DNA from: Lepidodermella squamata
Lineage: Eukaryota; Animalia; Gastrotricha
Assembly (NCBI GenBank): GCA_047495785.1
Contig: JBLDXI010000029.1
Span: 3,596,001-3,660,000 of the forward strand
DNA length: 64,000 nucleotides
Direction of reading: 5' to 3'
Part shown: piece by piece, positions 12,878-26,710 of the stretch
Position numbering within the stretch: the first letter of the stretch is position 1
How the letters are laid out: each line of letters starts with the position of its first letter
Translations under genes and position numbers: made by a program
Notes under the pieces: model-generated
The model's database searches: none
Seen by the model: only the letters and a program-made list of their open reading frames with translations
Told to the model about the DNA's origin: nothing

Positions 12878-15125
12878 ATGAAGCCATTCAGACTACTGAT
12901 GCTGTCGTTACTAGTAATGACCGGGTACGACCCTAGGGACAACATGATGTGTAAAGCTGCTCAGGAAATGGTTGTTGAAATCGCCAACGAACGGCGCGAC
13001 TTTCTACCCAACTGCCATATCGAACTCGAATATCGAAATGAAGGTCCGTTCGGTGGACTCTCCGTACGAGAAACAATGGCTTTTACGCGGCGAATCGAAA
13101 ATTCAACTGACATAACCGCCTCCCCAGTTTTCACGGGCCCATTTTTGTCGTCAGCATGCCGCCCAGTTGCATCTATCGCCCATCATTTGAACATGGTCAT
13201 GGTAGCAGGGTCTTGTACTGGACCTACGCAAACTGCGAAGCGGAACCTCTACCCTAATATGTATAGAATCAGGTCAGCGGCTGACCTCTCAGTTTACGCT
13301 CGGACCTATTTCTTAGCGAAATTGGCGCGCATTCGCAAAATCGGAATTTTACTAAACGCTGCTCAGGCATTCAACTACGACACGGCTAGTTTGTTCTACC
13401 AGGCTGTTCTGATTACCGGTTTCCAAGTTCTCGCATTTGACGGGAGTTATGATTTCAACGATGATTTCATGTCGTCGCTAAAATCTAAGGATGTTCGAAT
13501 TTTCAGCATGGATTCAGGCGATCCTCTGATTGCGCTTCGGTTTCTGTGTCAATGCTTCACATTCGGAATGAAAGGGCCGCGGTATTTGTTCATTTTTCAA
13601 TTCGTAACGTTTATTGACGTTTATTCTCTACCTTTCAATATAACCCAAGGCTGCAATTGCACTACAATCATCGTTCAATTTGGATATTCGTATTTTATCG
13701 GAATTTCAGTGGAAGTTTTAAGGCCGGAAAAGACTAGGTCAGAATTAGGCCATTCCTATGAAGAATTCGAAGTCCTTTTCTCGAATTTTACGAAAAACAC
13801 CAAAACACCAGATTCAGACTTTCGATTCATTTGCTACGACCGAGTTTTAGCAGCTTTGATGGTCCTAAATGGCACTGAGGCAATCCTAAACCAGAAAAAT
13901 ATGACCCTTAAAGATTTCAAGGTGGATCCATACACCGTGATGTTAGCCGCTAATCAAAGTGCGGCCCGACTTGATTTCTTCAATTTACGCTACGGTAGGT
14001 TCAGATTTCAGATATTCGTCCCGCCTTGAATATGACTCCGAGCCTCAGGTCGTTGCATACTGGTCGCCACACCCACCAAATCACATCGGTTAAGGAGGAT
14101 TCATCTAATTTGAGCTCGTATTCAATAGAGGAGTTCAATCGGATTCAGAAATCTTTCCCGAAAGATTCAGCTTCACTTGAAATCCATGTAACGAAAATTT
14201 CCCCAGCAACAACTGCGAATGGAATTTGTCTGGCAACTGTAGTCGGCTTTACTCAAGTTTTGACTGGGATTCGTTTGTTCATGAAATCGGAAAGACGAAT
14301 AACTTTGCTTCTCTTCACTTTAGGCTTCGCCTCAAACGATTTCTCTTCATCATTTTTCGTTGTTCAGGGCAGCTCGCTGTTCTGCTCCGGTCAGATCGTC
14401 TTTCTAGTGGGCGGAGCTTCGTTATTTAACGTGTGTCTTACCGCGACATTGCTCGGCGTGCGTGACTTTATTCGAAATGAAAAACCGGCAGCAAAGTCTG
14501 GGATGGGTAGGTACCGGCGAAATTCGACAGTAATATGAAGATGGCCGTCTACGACAACCATAGTAATGACAACAAACCTGATCCAATTAGAGTGCCATTC
14601 AACGATTCGAAATCGGCCCGATGCGGAGCTAGCTGGAGCTTTAGTTTCGTCACCATTTCAATTTTCTGGATCATTTGGGACGGTGTTGACGAACACATTG
14701 AAAACATATCGGAGGCGGACGTTTATTACAATTCTGAATCTGATGTTAACTTCATTGAAAAGAGTACCTATTGCACGTCCCCAAACGCACTGGCCTTTGT
14801 TGGGGCGATTGTTAATCCAAATATCATCATTTCCCTCGCTGGGCTGCTGTTCAGTTTCAGCATTGATAACGCCACGAAAAAATGTAAAATCGCCAATTTA
14901 GCCGGGATTAAACCGCTACTACTGGCCTCAATCGCTTCATTTTCGCTGATATTGTTCGGTCTATTGGTCGAGGTTATTCTGTATTACGGAAATTACGCCA
15001 TTGTTCGAAATATTTCCATGTTTTGTGTCTTACCTTGCTGTATTCCCTGGCAATTGGTCTGGCCATTTTCTGGGCAGCGAAAAGTGATAATTGACAATTA
15101 TGATCGGGAACTCTCATTTTGGTGA
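12878..15125 (+). pseudogene. Class C GPCR (GABA-B-like; venus-flytrap/ANF domain + TM region), frameshifted
   Basis: AAQEMVVEIANERRDFLP, GPFLSSAC, YPNMYRI, LKSKDVRIF, CQCFTFGMKGPRYLFIF resemble GABA-B-type ectodomains. TM segments follow in two further frames; signal peptide missing; no evident introns. Confidence 0.7.
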
Positions 15126-15352
15126 ATCACTGACTAGTTACGATCAACCAGATTACGCATTTATTTGGGTTGTTTACATAAAAAAACTGACCGCAATTGA
15201 AAAGTGTGAAGTATTTTTTTCAGCAAACAATATAGGTCATTTTTTTCTGGACACAAGAAATTCAAATGAGGAAAAAAGAACACGCTCGTTTATTCTAACA
15301 CTTTATTCATTATAACTCAGCTACAACCTCTGTTCCATCTTAAAACAAAAAA

Positions 15353-15690
15353 ATGGCAAATGATTGGGATATTAAAGGCAAGGTGTGCATTATAACTGGA
15401 GCCAACAGCGGAATCGGCCGTGAAACTGCCCTGGAGCTGGTGAAATTAGCCGCTGGTCGTGTTATTCTCGCCTGTCGCAATTTGGAAGCTGGTCGAAATG
15501 CGGTCAAATACATTCGAGAGAAAGCCGGTATCCACAACGAAGATGAGGCCATCTCGATCTTGGCTCGCTGGAATCGGTTCGCAAATTCGCCGCACAAATG
15601 AGGAAAAGCAGTTACATGTTCTCATCAACAATGCAGGCGCATTACCGGAAAATTGAACGAAAGGTTATACAACTGATGGCTTTGCACCTT
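15353..15690 (+). pseudogene. Truncated RDH12-like SDR, subtype A
   Basis: TGANSGIG start, then deletions/frameshifts and loss of exons 2-3; upstream region matches ~5150-5290. Confidence 0.85.
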
Positions 15691-16512
15691 GTCTTATAAC
15701 GGCAGGTCAAAAAAAAAACTCTAGACCCCATTATGACAATTAGGACCGTTGGTCGAAAAATTATGACGAAATAGGCGCCGGCTCCTAATTTGTCATAATC
15801 GGTCTCTTGCGTCACAACACCTGCTGCCACACTCACAATCGGCATCGGGGTCGGATTTTTTCGACGGATTATCGAAGCCAAGACCCTAACTGAGGTCCCT
15901 GTCAAAAAAAATCAGGCCGGGACCCCTCAGGTGAGTTGATATCGGGCCTCGAAAAAAAGTAAGCGAAATTATGACACATTAGGTCACTTTACCCTACTGA
16001 AAAAGTATGTTTTAGATGATTCAACATGAAACGTTTTTAGGTTGAAATTAACGCCTGAAATTAACGCTAGGGCTGATCTCTCCTCAACATCCGCTAACAA
16101 CGGCTTACGTCCACCACCTTTAGTCCACTTGGCAATTTCAGGCGACGCAATTAGGACAGTTTCGTCCCCTCTCCGGCGCGCCACCTGCTTCGGACAAGGC
16201 ATGGCGTGGCTATTATTTATTTTTAAATGCTCAAAATAGCCGAAAATTTCTGGCTATTATTCGAGGGAGGCTATTAATCGATGAAATAGGTACGGTACCA
16301 ATAATTTATTATATGATGAATTTTTCATGCGAAAAGTGAATGCAGCTGGTTGAACCAGTTGTTTTAGTGTGTAAATTAGGTCAATTTGTTTTGGACGCGG
16401 CGTCACATGCTTCATTGAATGAATGAAAAGATAAAAACCGCAATCTCATTCATTCTGCCATTTGTTATTGAAAACTATACAACGAGTTTGCTCTAACACT
16501 CTGAATAAGATA

Positions 16513-17676
16513 ATGACGAGCGATTGGAATATTAAGGGCAAGGTTTGCATCGTAACTGGAGCCAACTGTGGAATCGGCCGTGAAACCGCTCTGGAGCTTG
16601 TTCAACGAGGCTGGTCGAAATGCAGTCGAATACATTCGGGAAAAATCGGGTATCGATGACGAAGATGAGGCCGAGCGACGCCTGGCCCTTCGCCATCTCG
16701 ATCTCGGCTCGCTTGAATCGGTTCGCAAATTCGCGGCGCAGATTAAAGCCGAGGAGAAAGAGCTGCACGTCCTCGTTGAAAATGCCGGCGTTTCCCCTCC
16801 CAACTTTGAGAAGTGCCTCACGGCTGATGGATTTGAAGTGGGATTTGGGACGAATCACCTTGGCCATTTTTACTTGACTAAGTTGCTGCTCGATCTTTTG
16901 AAAAAGTATTTAATTTTCAATTATTAGCTGTTTAAGACATTTTCAGAGATTAACCGCAATTTTAAAATTTCAAAATTGTTTCATAAAATAGTTTTTACCA
17001 ACCCAACTTGGCACATGACCGGGCCGGAATTGTTACAAAAGGGTTGGGATTTGCTACAAAACCCCGGCCCGATTATGGGTCAAATTGGGTTGGAGTAAAC
17101 GCTACCTTTTTCTGTTATTAAGCATTTCCATCAATTTGCAGATCAGCTCAAGCTCGTGTTGTTGTAGTCACTTCTCTTGTCTACAAAGCTGGCTGGCCGT
17201 GGGGCTTTCATATCGACGATCCCAACTACGAGACCTCATGGTACTTCGGCATCGCTTCTTACTGCCAGTCGAAGCTCGCCAACATTCTTTTCGCGCATGA
17301 ACTTGATCGCCGTCTCAACGCAGAAGCACCGTCTGGTGACACTGTTTACAGCCTTCACCCAGGTGCCGCCTACACGGACCTTACTCGCAACTAGCCTTGG
17401 TGTAAATACTGGACTGCTCCACTTCGAAAGTGGTTTCTCCTCACCCCAACCCAGGCCGCGGCTAATACGCTTTACTGCGCTTCAACGCCCGGCATTGAAA
17501 AATACTCCGGCAAATATTTCGCGTGAGTTGATATTTGAATATCTGTTAACCTGGGGTTTTCCATATATTTCAGACTTTCGGCTTTGGAGGAAACTTATGC
17601 GTCCGCGCAAGATGATGTAGTTGCTACTCGTTTATGGGACTTCAGTGAGAAATTGATCGCTGAAAATTCAAAGTGA
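16513..17676 (+). pseudogene. RDH12-like SDR pseudogene, subtype A
   Basis: Frameshifting deletion near 16610 and premature TAG at 17392-17394. Confidence 0.85.
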
Positions 17677-18830
17677 GGCTAGTTTGAAGATGAACTGTTT
17701 CGAATATGTTGGATCTAAAGCGAGTTCAGAGGCTTAAATTAATCACGTCTAAAATTTCTTGTTTCATTCTTGTTTCTCATTGCAGAAAAAGTTAATGTTT
17801 CAATTAGGCATTTTATTCATGGATTCTGGAGATTGGACTATTTCAGGCAAGGTTTGCCTCGTTACCGGTGCCAATGTTGGCCTGGGCCGGGAGACTGTTC
17901 TCGAGTTGGTGAAGCAAGGCGCAAAACGAGTCATTATGGCGTGTCGAAACATGCAAACCGCTGCAGAGGCTGTTCAATACATTCGAGAAAAAGCGGGAAT
18001 AATCGATGACGAGGAAGCCAAGCGGCGATTGTCCCTTCGAAACCTGGACTTGGCATCGATAGCTTCGATTCGTAAATTCGCCGCTGATGTGAATGAACAG
18101 GAGCCGGAATTGCATGTGCTGATCGAGAACGCGGCGGTTTACGGGCCGAGTGAAAAAACTCTGACAATTGATGGCTTTGAAATAAGCTTTGGGACGAACC
18201 ATTTGGGCCATTTCCTACTCACCCAACTCCTCCTTGAACTGCTGAAAAAGTTTGCTTTTATAACTTCGGCATAAATCCGAAAAAATATATCATGGTCTTT
18301 TTGCCTAACAAGACAAAATCAAGAATTGCAATAACATAATATTTTTGATCTTGTTAACAAAACGTTCTGAATTCATGGTAGGTCCACTCCAGCTCGAATT
18401 GTGGTCGTTGCAGCTTTGGCTTATAAATTTTGCTGGCCATGGGGGTTTCCCATCGATGATTTCAATTACGAACGAGGCTGGTTCAGTGCACTGTAAAAAA
18501 CAACTCATTTTGTAGCATGCTAGGTAGCAAGTTTCAATGCTCTTGGCGATACTTGCTATTTAATGAGTTTATTCGTGCTAAAGAAATTGGAGGTCATTAA
18601 AGAGCAAGTTGCCTTGTAGCAAGTATGTAGAAAGTCGGTTGCTACCCTGCTCGTTTTGTAGCGACCATTCCAACCTCGCCCGAACCACGCCTACAATAAT
18701 TAAAACGCGCCCAAAATGCCAGTAATCACATTTTATTGTCCATTTATCGCAATTGCGACGAGAATATAAAACAAAATCAGGCTTCAGAGCAGCCTAGCAA
18801 AGCTCAAATGTCGCGATTGTTCAGTTATAT

Positions 18831-21642
18831 TTACATTGCTTGAGGGTTGTGAGGCAAACAGTCAACAATGAGGTGCATGTGATCGTTGGAGTGAGGAATA
18901 ATTGGAAATGATCTTTTTACATGTAATTCCTTCCATGAAACTATAGAAATTTTTTTCATGTCACCGGTTACATGATAAGAGAAGTAGCGGCGGAAGAAGC
19001 GCTCGATGGTCAGTTCAACAACAACGAAAAAAACGTCATCATCAATAGAGTAAATGCACTCAATTTGGTGAAAAGTAGGTCGATTGGGACTATTAAACCA
19101 GCCGACACTCGGCTTCGAAGTAGTAATAGCCGAGCCGATTACAAAAAAAGCTCCTTTATAGCGAATCGAATTACGCACGACAGCTCTTTCAGGTAGACTC
19201 AAAGCAGAAACGTCAAGGTAGCTCAAATATTCGGTTAGATTTTTCTCTTTTCCTCCATCAATCAATTTCAGCGAATCAGTCGAATTCAAGAATCTTTTCG
19301 ATTGATATTTTGCACAGTTAAAAATTTGAGAAATGGGATTATGGTAATTTTTTGGTTCAATTTTACAGAGACCTCGCTCGAAGCCAAGAGACGAGTAGAA
19401 TCGCGCAGGTCCGTATTCACGCATTTGCTGCGGATAATGAACAAGGTTGTGAAGCTTTGTTACAACAAACGACTCGCCATAAGTTTCAACGGACAGTTGC
19501 AAGAATCGAAAGATCAAGTTTTCAAGGATAGGTACATCATCAAGAAACACAAAAGGCGAATAAATGAAAGATAAAATCTTGTGTAAAATCTGAAGCACAT
19601 GGTATTCCTTCGAATCAAAAAACATTGGTTTCTGTTTCAGACAAGTAAAATCTAGAATAAATCCTAGCCGGGTCATTAGAATTCGCATTTGCGTCGCCGT
19701 CTGATGACAGTGAATTTCGCCGGACGTCACCGTGAAATTCGGTGCCGGAATCGCCTCATGTTTGGCTGTGTCGTCGAAGTCGAATTGCTCGATTGCGTTG
19801 TTCATCGCGTCATCCGTCAGCCCGAAGCTGGTCTTGGCCTTAGTAAGGGCTCCGTTCAAAACGTAGACGCAGACACCCTCCAGTAGGTCATGGGCTGGCT
19901 CACTGACTACGCACGCTGGGAATCGCGGGCCCAGGTGCGGTGACTCGGCCAAGATAGAGAGTACGCCGCTCAACCCAGTTTCGGTCATCCTGATTCGAGA
20001 AAAATCAAAAATTTTAAGGAGGACGATTTTTCAACAATTTTCAACAACTTTTTCACATAATTAATGGAAAAAATTAATTAAATAAAATAAAATGAAAAAA
20101 TAAGGAAAAATTGATATAAGCTAATTTTTACTTTCAATCAGCAAATAATTCTAATTTTTTTTAATTTTGGAATAATTGACAATTTTTCTTTCAATTTGGA
20201 GGAAATTTATCTATATTCTAAAATAGAGCTGTGTCGGTTCTAATTCTAGATTCCCGGTCCGGTTCTGTTCAACGCTTCTGGAGGACCGGACCGAGTTAGC
20301 CGGGAGAACCGGCGGTTGACCATAATAACTGAAGTGTGCGAAAACTTGATGAAAATACTTACAACGCCCTCATCTCCGTAACATTCGGCGCATCTGAAAT
20401 CCTTCGCGATTGAACAACCATAGTTTCCGCGTTTCGTAGTTTCAGGTTCGTAGCTTCGAAAACGAGGCCGAATTGCCCGCGCGGTGTTTCACATTTCGAA
20501 CACGTGAGATGAGCCCGAAAACTTTCGAGCATGCCGATGATTTGATGCTGAGCCAAGTTATCGCCGAGAAAACTCACGACGATAATTCTAACTTCTTTGC
20601 CTTGGACGATGATGGTGGTTTCGAGATCTTTCTCAACCGCCTTGATGACTGAATTCAGGGCTGAGTAACAACAGGACTTGTATGACACGATTAGCTAATT
20701 CGGAAAAAAATTACCTGCTGTTTTTCTCGTTTCCTTAGGTAGCTCGCAGCTCTTCGAAGCGGCGAGTAGAAAATGGAATTCAGGGCTAAAAAATAGGGAA
20801 ATTAGAAAAAAAATTGAAAAAAATCGAAGGGTAGTCTCACATTTGTTCGAACATTCTGGCGATCATCTTCCATTCGAAAACGGCCAATTTTTGCTTCTTC
20901 ACGTAAGTTCCAAGAGCGGAAACCGATACGAACTCGTCAAAGAAGAGAAAAAGTGGGACAATAAAATCCTCATTAATATCGATGATAATTTCTCGAACTG
21001 CCGAGCCATCAAGAGGTGATGTTAAAAAGCCGTCGGATTCTTGTTGCAATAAACTCGTTTTGCTGAAAATTTGCAGTAAATCCGGCTTCGAGTTTAGAAA
21101 GTAGCTGATTTGTTTAGAAATCGGTAGGTACTGGAAGGTTTCGACGGCCTCAGGTTGACAAGGCGCCAAGACTGATAGTAATTTTCCGCGGTTGTGAGTC
21201 GAGAGCATATTTTTGAAAATGTTATCGAATGGAAGAGACCAAAATCCACCGATGTAGTGTTCCAGCAATTTTCGAACGCATTGGGCGAGGAAATCGACAA
21301 CAAAACAAACAAGAGTTTCAGTCGCCATGAAATCGAATTTTAACTTGAAAATAAACTCGAGAAGCGATGAATTCAAATTCTCAGTCAAAATATCTTCAAT
21401 ATCGAGCTTATGACGGACAGGCTCATCTTCCATTCATCAATCCCATCAACAACAGGCGCATGCGTTAAGATCGGCTGTTGGTCACATTTTCCGACTGGCG
21501 CACTTTCGTTCGAACGAGGCAAGCAAACGTGTTGGTTGAACATGTGTTGAGAGGTGAATGTAGCCTTGCAGTCACATATCCATTCAGCTTTTTTGACTCT
21601 TGTAAACGAAAATGAAGAAGCCATTCTAAACAAGAGAGTCAT
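18831..21642 (-). CDS. EnSpm transposase; exons ~21642-20841 (1-nt frameshift at ~21434), 20785-20715, 20660-20363, 19989-18831
   Basis: Motifs LFFDEF..SALG..KKQKL, GDNLAQHQIIG..ESF..CSKC, HDLLEGV, KLHNLVHYP..YGP..GFER; N-terminal C2H2-like CDC..F..H..H; phase-compatible introns. Confidence 0.85.
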
Positions 21643-21912
21643 GTTCTCATCAATTTATCATTTCATTTCTTCGAAATCGAGTTCACAATATTTTAAAACA
21701 AAATAGCAAAACGATACCGATAACAAAACTGAGGTATCGATGGAAACAATTACGTTGACTATTAACACAATTCCGTAACAACTCGAGGAATCCGAGAAAT
21801 TTCGAACAGATTCATGATTCAACTAAGTTGAGGCATAGTATAATCATCATTTGAAACGAAATGAGCGGTTTATCAACACGAAACAGGAAAAAAACTAGTA
21901 ACAATCAGACAG

Positions 21913-23661
21913 TTATTTATTGGCCGCGAGCCTTTGACCGAGGGTCTTTGCACGCTTGGTGCTGGTAGACTCCGTCGAATCGTCGTACGCCGGTCGGCGA
22001 TTTGAAGGGGCGAGAGGGGTTGAGGCAGACGTCGTAGCGGGCGTTGTAGCAACCGCTGTTTTCCGGGTATTCCGAGTTGCGGCTGGCGTAGTGGCCGTTG
22101 TAGGAGCACTCGGAGCCGCGGCCGGTGTTGACGCGGCAGTCGGTGCTGGCGTCGCAGGTGCGGTCGTCGGGGCGGGAGTGGCCGGCGCCGCTGTCGAATT
22201 CGTCGACGCAGCCGGGGTAGGCGGCAATTGGCCAGCTAGATCAACCGAAGAACCGTCATTCTGAAAAAACATCAAATTATGAAATAGTCAGAAAATATTC
22301 AATTTATAATATATATATAGGATAAAAATTATTGAATTTTTTGTGGAAACTTTTGAATTAAATTTCTAAATTGACATTTTTCCGAAATTCAAAGAAATTC
22401 AATAAAACTTTCAGTCAAATAAGTTTTCTAATATTTTTGCAGAATTTATCATCAAAATTGAAAATTTATTGAAATTTAAAAAAATTGCTAAAAAAATCAA
22501 GCTAAAAAAATAAATCAACTACTCACCGGGAGCGAGTTGCTGTCGGAGCCGCCATCGTCGGTGGAGGGCGGCTGATTTTCGCCGTTCAGGGCGTCGGCAT
22601 CCGGCGGAAGCTGCTGCCCGGCGGCCTTCTTCGCCTGCGCCTTCGCCTTGGCCTTCTTGTTGTTCAGGCATTTAGATACCCTCTCCTTGAACAGTGTCTG
22701 ATACAGAAGATAAATTATCACAAATTAGGATTAAAAAATTGCGAACAAACCTGCTGGTTCTCCCCAGGAAACAGAAGACCGGTCACCGCCGGGTTGGCCT
22801 CGTGGGTTATGCGCCATTCTCGTTCCACAAAGGCCAAGATGACCCCGTAGTCGCCTTTGCCGAACGGACGAACCGGATTTTGGTTGAGTGCAGTAATCGC
22901 CGAGAAGCGAACCAGGGTTTGAAAAGTTGTAATCAAAGCACCCGCGTCCCACTCGGAACCAAGCCGGCCGTCAAATTGGCGGAGAGTGAAGCGGGTAAAT
23001 TCAAACGTGATCTGCGCCTATTAAAATAAAATCACAGGAAAAATCAGTAATTAGCTATCAACGGAGTGAAGCAACACGCGAAAATTAAATAATAAATTTT
23101 CTTACCTTTTGAGGGGAAACGGCTACAACAACCGTTACAGCAGCAGCAGCAGCGACGGAAGCGGCTCGATTTTTAACGAAAGCCACAACGACTTCGCAAG
23201 CCTTTCGCAGGCCGAGCGAATTCGGAAACATTTCCCGAATGTCATCTTCCGTTAATGCAACCATAACGGCTTCGTACAACTGTTCCCCTATAATAGAACA
23301 TATTCGAATAAAATTCATTGAATAAAAATTCAGATCAAAAAATTATCGCAATATTTCAATAAACATAAAAATAATTCAATTAAAATTCAGATCAAAATCA
23401 GAAAATTATCGCAATATTTCAATAAAAATAAAAATAATACAATTTGAATTTAGAGCAAAATCAGAAAAATGGGAAGCCGATTTTCCAAGTATTATAATAT
23501 AAATTTGATTGAATGAAAAAATTTCGAAAAATCATAATTTTCACTACAATAATAAAATAAGGGAGCGAACCTGCAAATTTAGCCGACAGGCCATCGACGT
23601 GATCTTGGTTTGTAATGCCGGCTTCAGTAACGAGCTTGATTGCCTCCGTCAAATAATCCAT
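21913..23661 (-). CDS. EnSpm accessory protein (~352 aa); exons 23661-23571, 23287-23106, 23017-22751, 22697-22527, 22260-21913
   Basis: Five exons joined in frame by GT-AG introns; SAM-like segment LTEDDIREMFPNSLGLRK; basic stretch; Pro/Thr/Ala-rich tail. Confidence 0.7.
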
Positions 23662-26119
23662 CTTAACAAGAATTCTAAGGAAAAAATGTTTGAAAAATTG
23701 TGTAAAAAAAGTTGAGCGAGAACAGGGGCGAAGAAGTGGATTGGGCCAGGTAATTTTTCGCGATTTATGGTACCGAGGAGTACGAGCCGTGGGAAAATTC
23801 GAAAAATGGCTAATTTGGCTAGAATAGCCGGGGTTGACTAGGCCTGGATTGGGCCTATAAAATTAGGCGGAAAGGTATAAAACTGGAATAGAATGAAAAC
23901 AGCACTGACTTGAACGAAAAATTTAGAGGCGGTTTTATACCGGTTGGGTAGCGGTTGTAAAACATGGAGGCGACGAGCGGGAGATGTTATAGGCGCTAAA
24001 AACTTTGCGTGACGTGCAACGCAGTCAACCACGCAAAGGGAGGCGATGGTGCGTGCCTAGATCCCGAGGGTGAGACCCGAGGCGGTGACAACGTCGCGCT
24101 GCAGCTGTCAGGTGTTGACGCGGCAAGTTTTGAACGACGGCGTCAACTACGGTTTCAAAGGCTGTGATCACGCAAGGGCGAATAATAAACAACAACTAGT
24201 GTAGCGACAAGCCACAATGCCGCAAAAAATGGGCCGAGTATGCGCAATGAGCCCATAAATCAGCCTAGCTCAGAAATAACCTGATGATGAACAAAATTAA
24301 CGCGAAAAAAGTCTTGCGTTTAAGACGAAAGGCGCAAACAACAAAAAAGCCCGCCTTATGCGGTTCCCCAAAATTAACTGGATTGAAAAGTAAGGATGAA
24401 TCAAAAATTTCAGCCGATTATTCAAATTCTAACCTAGAACACCCGTTACTTGGAGCCTTATGGTAAACAAATCAAGCAGAAAAGTTGAAATTAACCAAAT
24501 TCGCTGCGAGAGATACCAAGCCGTTTTTCCGTGTTCGCCGTGAAATGCCGTTTTAAACGGCCGTAAAACTCATAAAAAGCGCAATTCAGGCAATATACAT
24601 TATCAGCGCAATGAAAATTTCACGATTTTCGCCGGCGTTGCAGTCTGTAGCATCTGACCTACTTTTTTATTGCCGCATAAGTGAAAAATCTAGTAACGCG
24701 TTTCTCGTAGTAAAAAAATCTATGAACGCAGCCATCATTAAACGATCTCACAAAAAACGGGTGTTTCGATGCCAGCCGCGCCGGTCGCCGGCATGACGAT
24801 ACCTGCCCGGTAAAATATAACTCAGCCACGCTAATCAGCCAACGACTGTAATAAAATAACCCTAATATCGTGAAAACCTGACGCTGCTTTTCAAAGATGG
24901 TAATTTATCTATGAAAAAGCGACGGCAATGGCTGAAGGCTGAATGGTGATAATTAACCTAGAAACGAAGCGCGGGTGAAGCGCCAGGCGGTTATTGACTG
25001 AACTGAGGCGCCTTCGGTTTGAACGTCAACTTGTGAAACGACAGAAAATTCATGTGCAAACGACGAGCAAAAAGCGACAAGTGCGCGCAGCGCTCAAATT
25101 GTCGTCCGCGCGCACACACTCACGAGTGACCTATTACGCATTATAAAGTTAACAATAAAAATTACTTCATCATGAGCGACGTGAGTTATCTAATGAGGTA
25201 CACGCTCAATGGTAAGCGCAATTTATTAGCACCTTTGCGCGCTATTCAGGTATCGCGTGAATTGAAAAGTGAGGTGACGAAGCAAGCAGGTTTTTACAGT
25301 GTGCTTGGCTTGCCTACAGCCGGTCGAAACTCGCCAACATTCTTTTCACTCGCGAACTTGAGAAACGGCTGAATGGAGGGGAGCACAAATCTGGCATCAC
25401 CGTGTACTGCCTTCATCCAGGTATTATCCAGACTGAAATAGGGCGGCATCGCAACCAATGGCTTCAAGCAATTATGCGACCCATTGGTGCTTACTTTCGA
25501 ACGTCGGTGGCCGACGGCATTAAAACAACGATGCATTGCGCGACACAGCCTGGAATCGAGAATTTCTCCGGTCGATACTTCACGTGAGAAATTTTTCTCG
25601 TTTTTAGCCGTACATCATTCTATACTATTTTATTGATTTCAGGGACTCGCAAGCTGTGGATGTTTGGGCTATAGCAAAAGATGACACGAAGGCGAAAGAT
25701 CTGTGGGAACTCAGCGAGCGCTTGATCTCCCAGAAATAATGAATAATGAAGAATGAAATAAATAGCCAAATAAAATTCTGTCTATTTCCTATCTGAGTTT
25801 TAGAGATATCAGACTTTCAATTACATTGAAACTACAAGTCTATAAGTCTTTAACACATTAACTGCCAAAAATACACTGCGAGATCTATATTTGGATCCAA
25901 ATCCTGGGTCTTTCAAATGTCCTTTTTCGGGTCAACGATGCGTCTTGTCCTAGGACGCCATTCACCGGCAATCAAGATATGGCTACTCAGCACGCAAAGC
26001 CTGGGGACCATGGCTCGACCATCAACCATGGGAATAGTTGACTCATAAGGCTTGTGATGATGTCTGATACCAAATGCTAAAGGTAACTTGGATAAATAAA
26101 GGGTATCAGTATCAGTATC

Positions 26120-26270
26120 AGTATCAGCTTCGCAAACAAAAACATTTTGGATGCCTTGAAATTTGAAAAGCTGTAATGCCAAAGAAATATTACTGCCGTC
26201 TGCCGTACCTTCAACTGAAATCAATTTGAACGTGTGATCTTCATAGCTTGTGCTAACTTACTAAATAACT
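26120..26270 (-). pseudogene. Relic 3' end of a LamG-EGF gene (6-nt microexon region)
   Basis: Similar to 32770-32890, including CAG|TTGAAG|GTAC. Confidence 0.45.
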
Positions 26271-26710
26271 TGCTAATAAATTCAGGTTCGGTCACAGCGA
26301 CGGAGGAAATACGAAATGTTATTTCATGTGCGTAAAGTACGAATGAATCATGCTTAACTTCTTAGTTGTTATGGCGTTTTTCTTTATATGTCGTGTATAA
26401 AGATGCCCATGTAAATAGATGTATTATTATTTTCATGCTTCAAATGATTTTCCCAAGTAAAAAATATAAACAGCTAATATTTAGGAAATTAATCCTATCT
26501 TTCCTGTACTAAAATTTTCTTACTGTTGTGAGATAGGCTGTTCATACAAGAGAACTTAAAGTCTCTTCATGCCACTAAAGGAGACGTAGGTGTAACAAAT
26601 GGGATATGCCGTCAGCCCACGCAGCCTGGAAACTCGAGAGGCTTGTTTTTAAAAACCAATTTTTGAGCTGGAGCATTCATAGTACTCTTGGATTCGAGCA
26701 CTAACTTAAT

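Larger units (their letters stand above)
18489..25301 (-). mobile_element. EnSpm/CACTA (CMC) DNA transposon, full length (6813 bp)
   Basis: 11-bp TIR CACTGTAAAAA, 2-bp TSD TG (18487-88, 25302-03), insertion into a recognisable exon, EnSpm-type transposase inside. Confidence 0.93.
17819..25739 (+). pseudogene. RDH12-like SDR, subtype B, exon 2 interrupted by EnSpm transposon
   Basis: Exon 2 stops at ...GGTTCAGTG (18488) and resumes at TGCTTGGCTTGCC (25302); otherwise intact-looking and similar to 7675 and 31459. Confidence 0.9.

Noticed and set aside
21956-22264. Ala/Gly/Val-rich plus-strand ORF
   Set aside because: Antisense shadow of the Pro/Thr/Ala-rich exon of the EnSpm accessory gene.
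23308-23445. ~70-bp tandem duplication in an EnSpm intron
   Set aside because: Ordinary AT-rich local duplication with no evident function.
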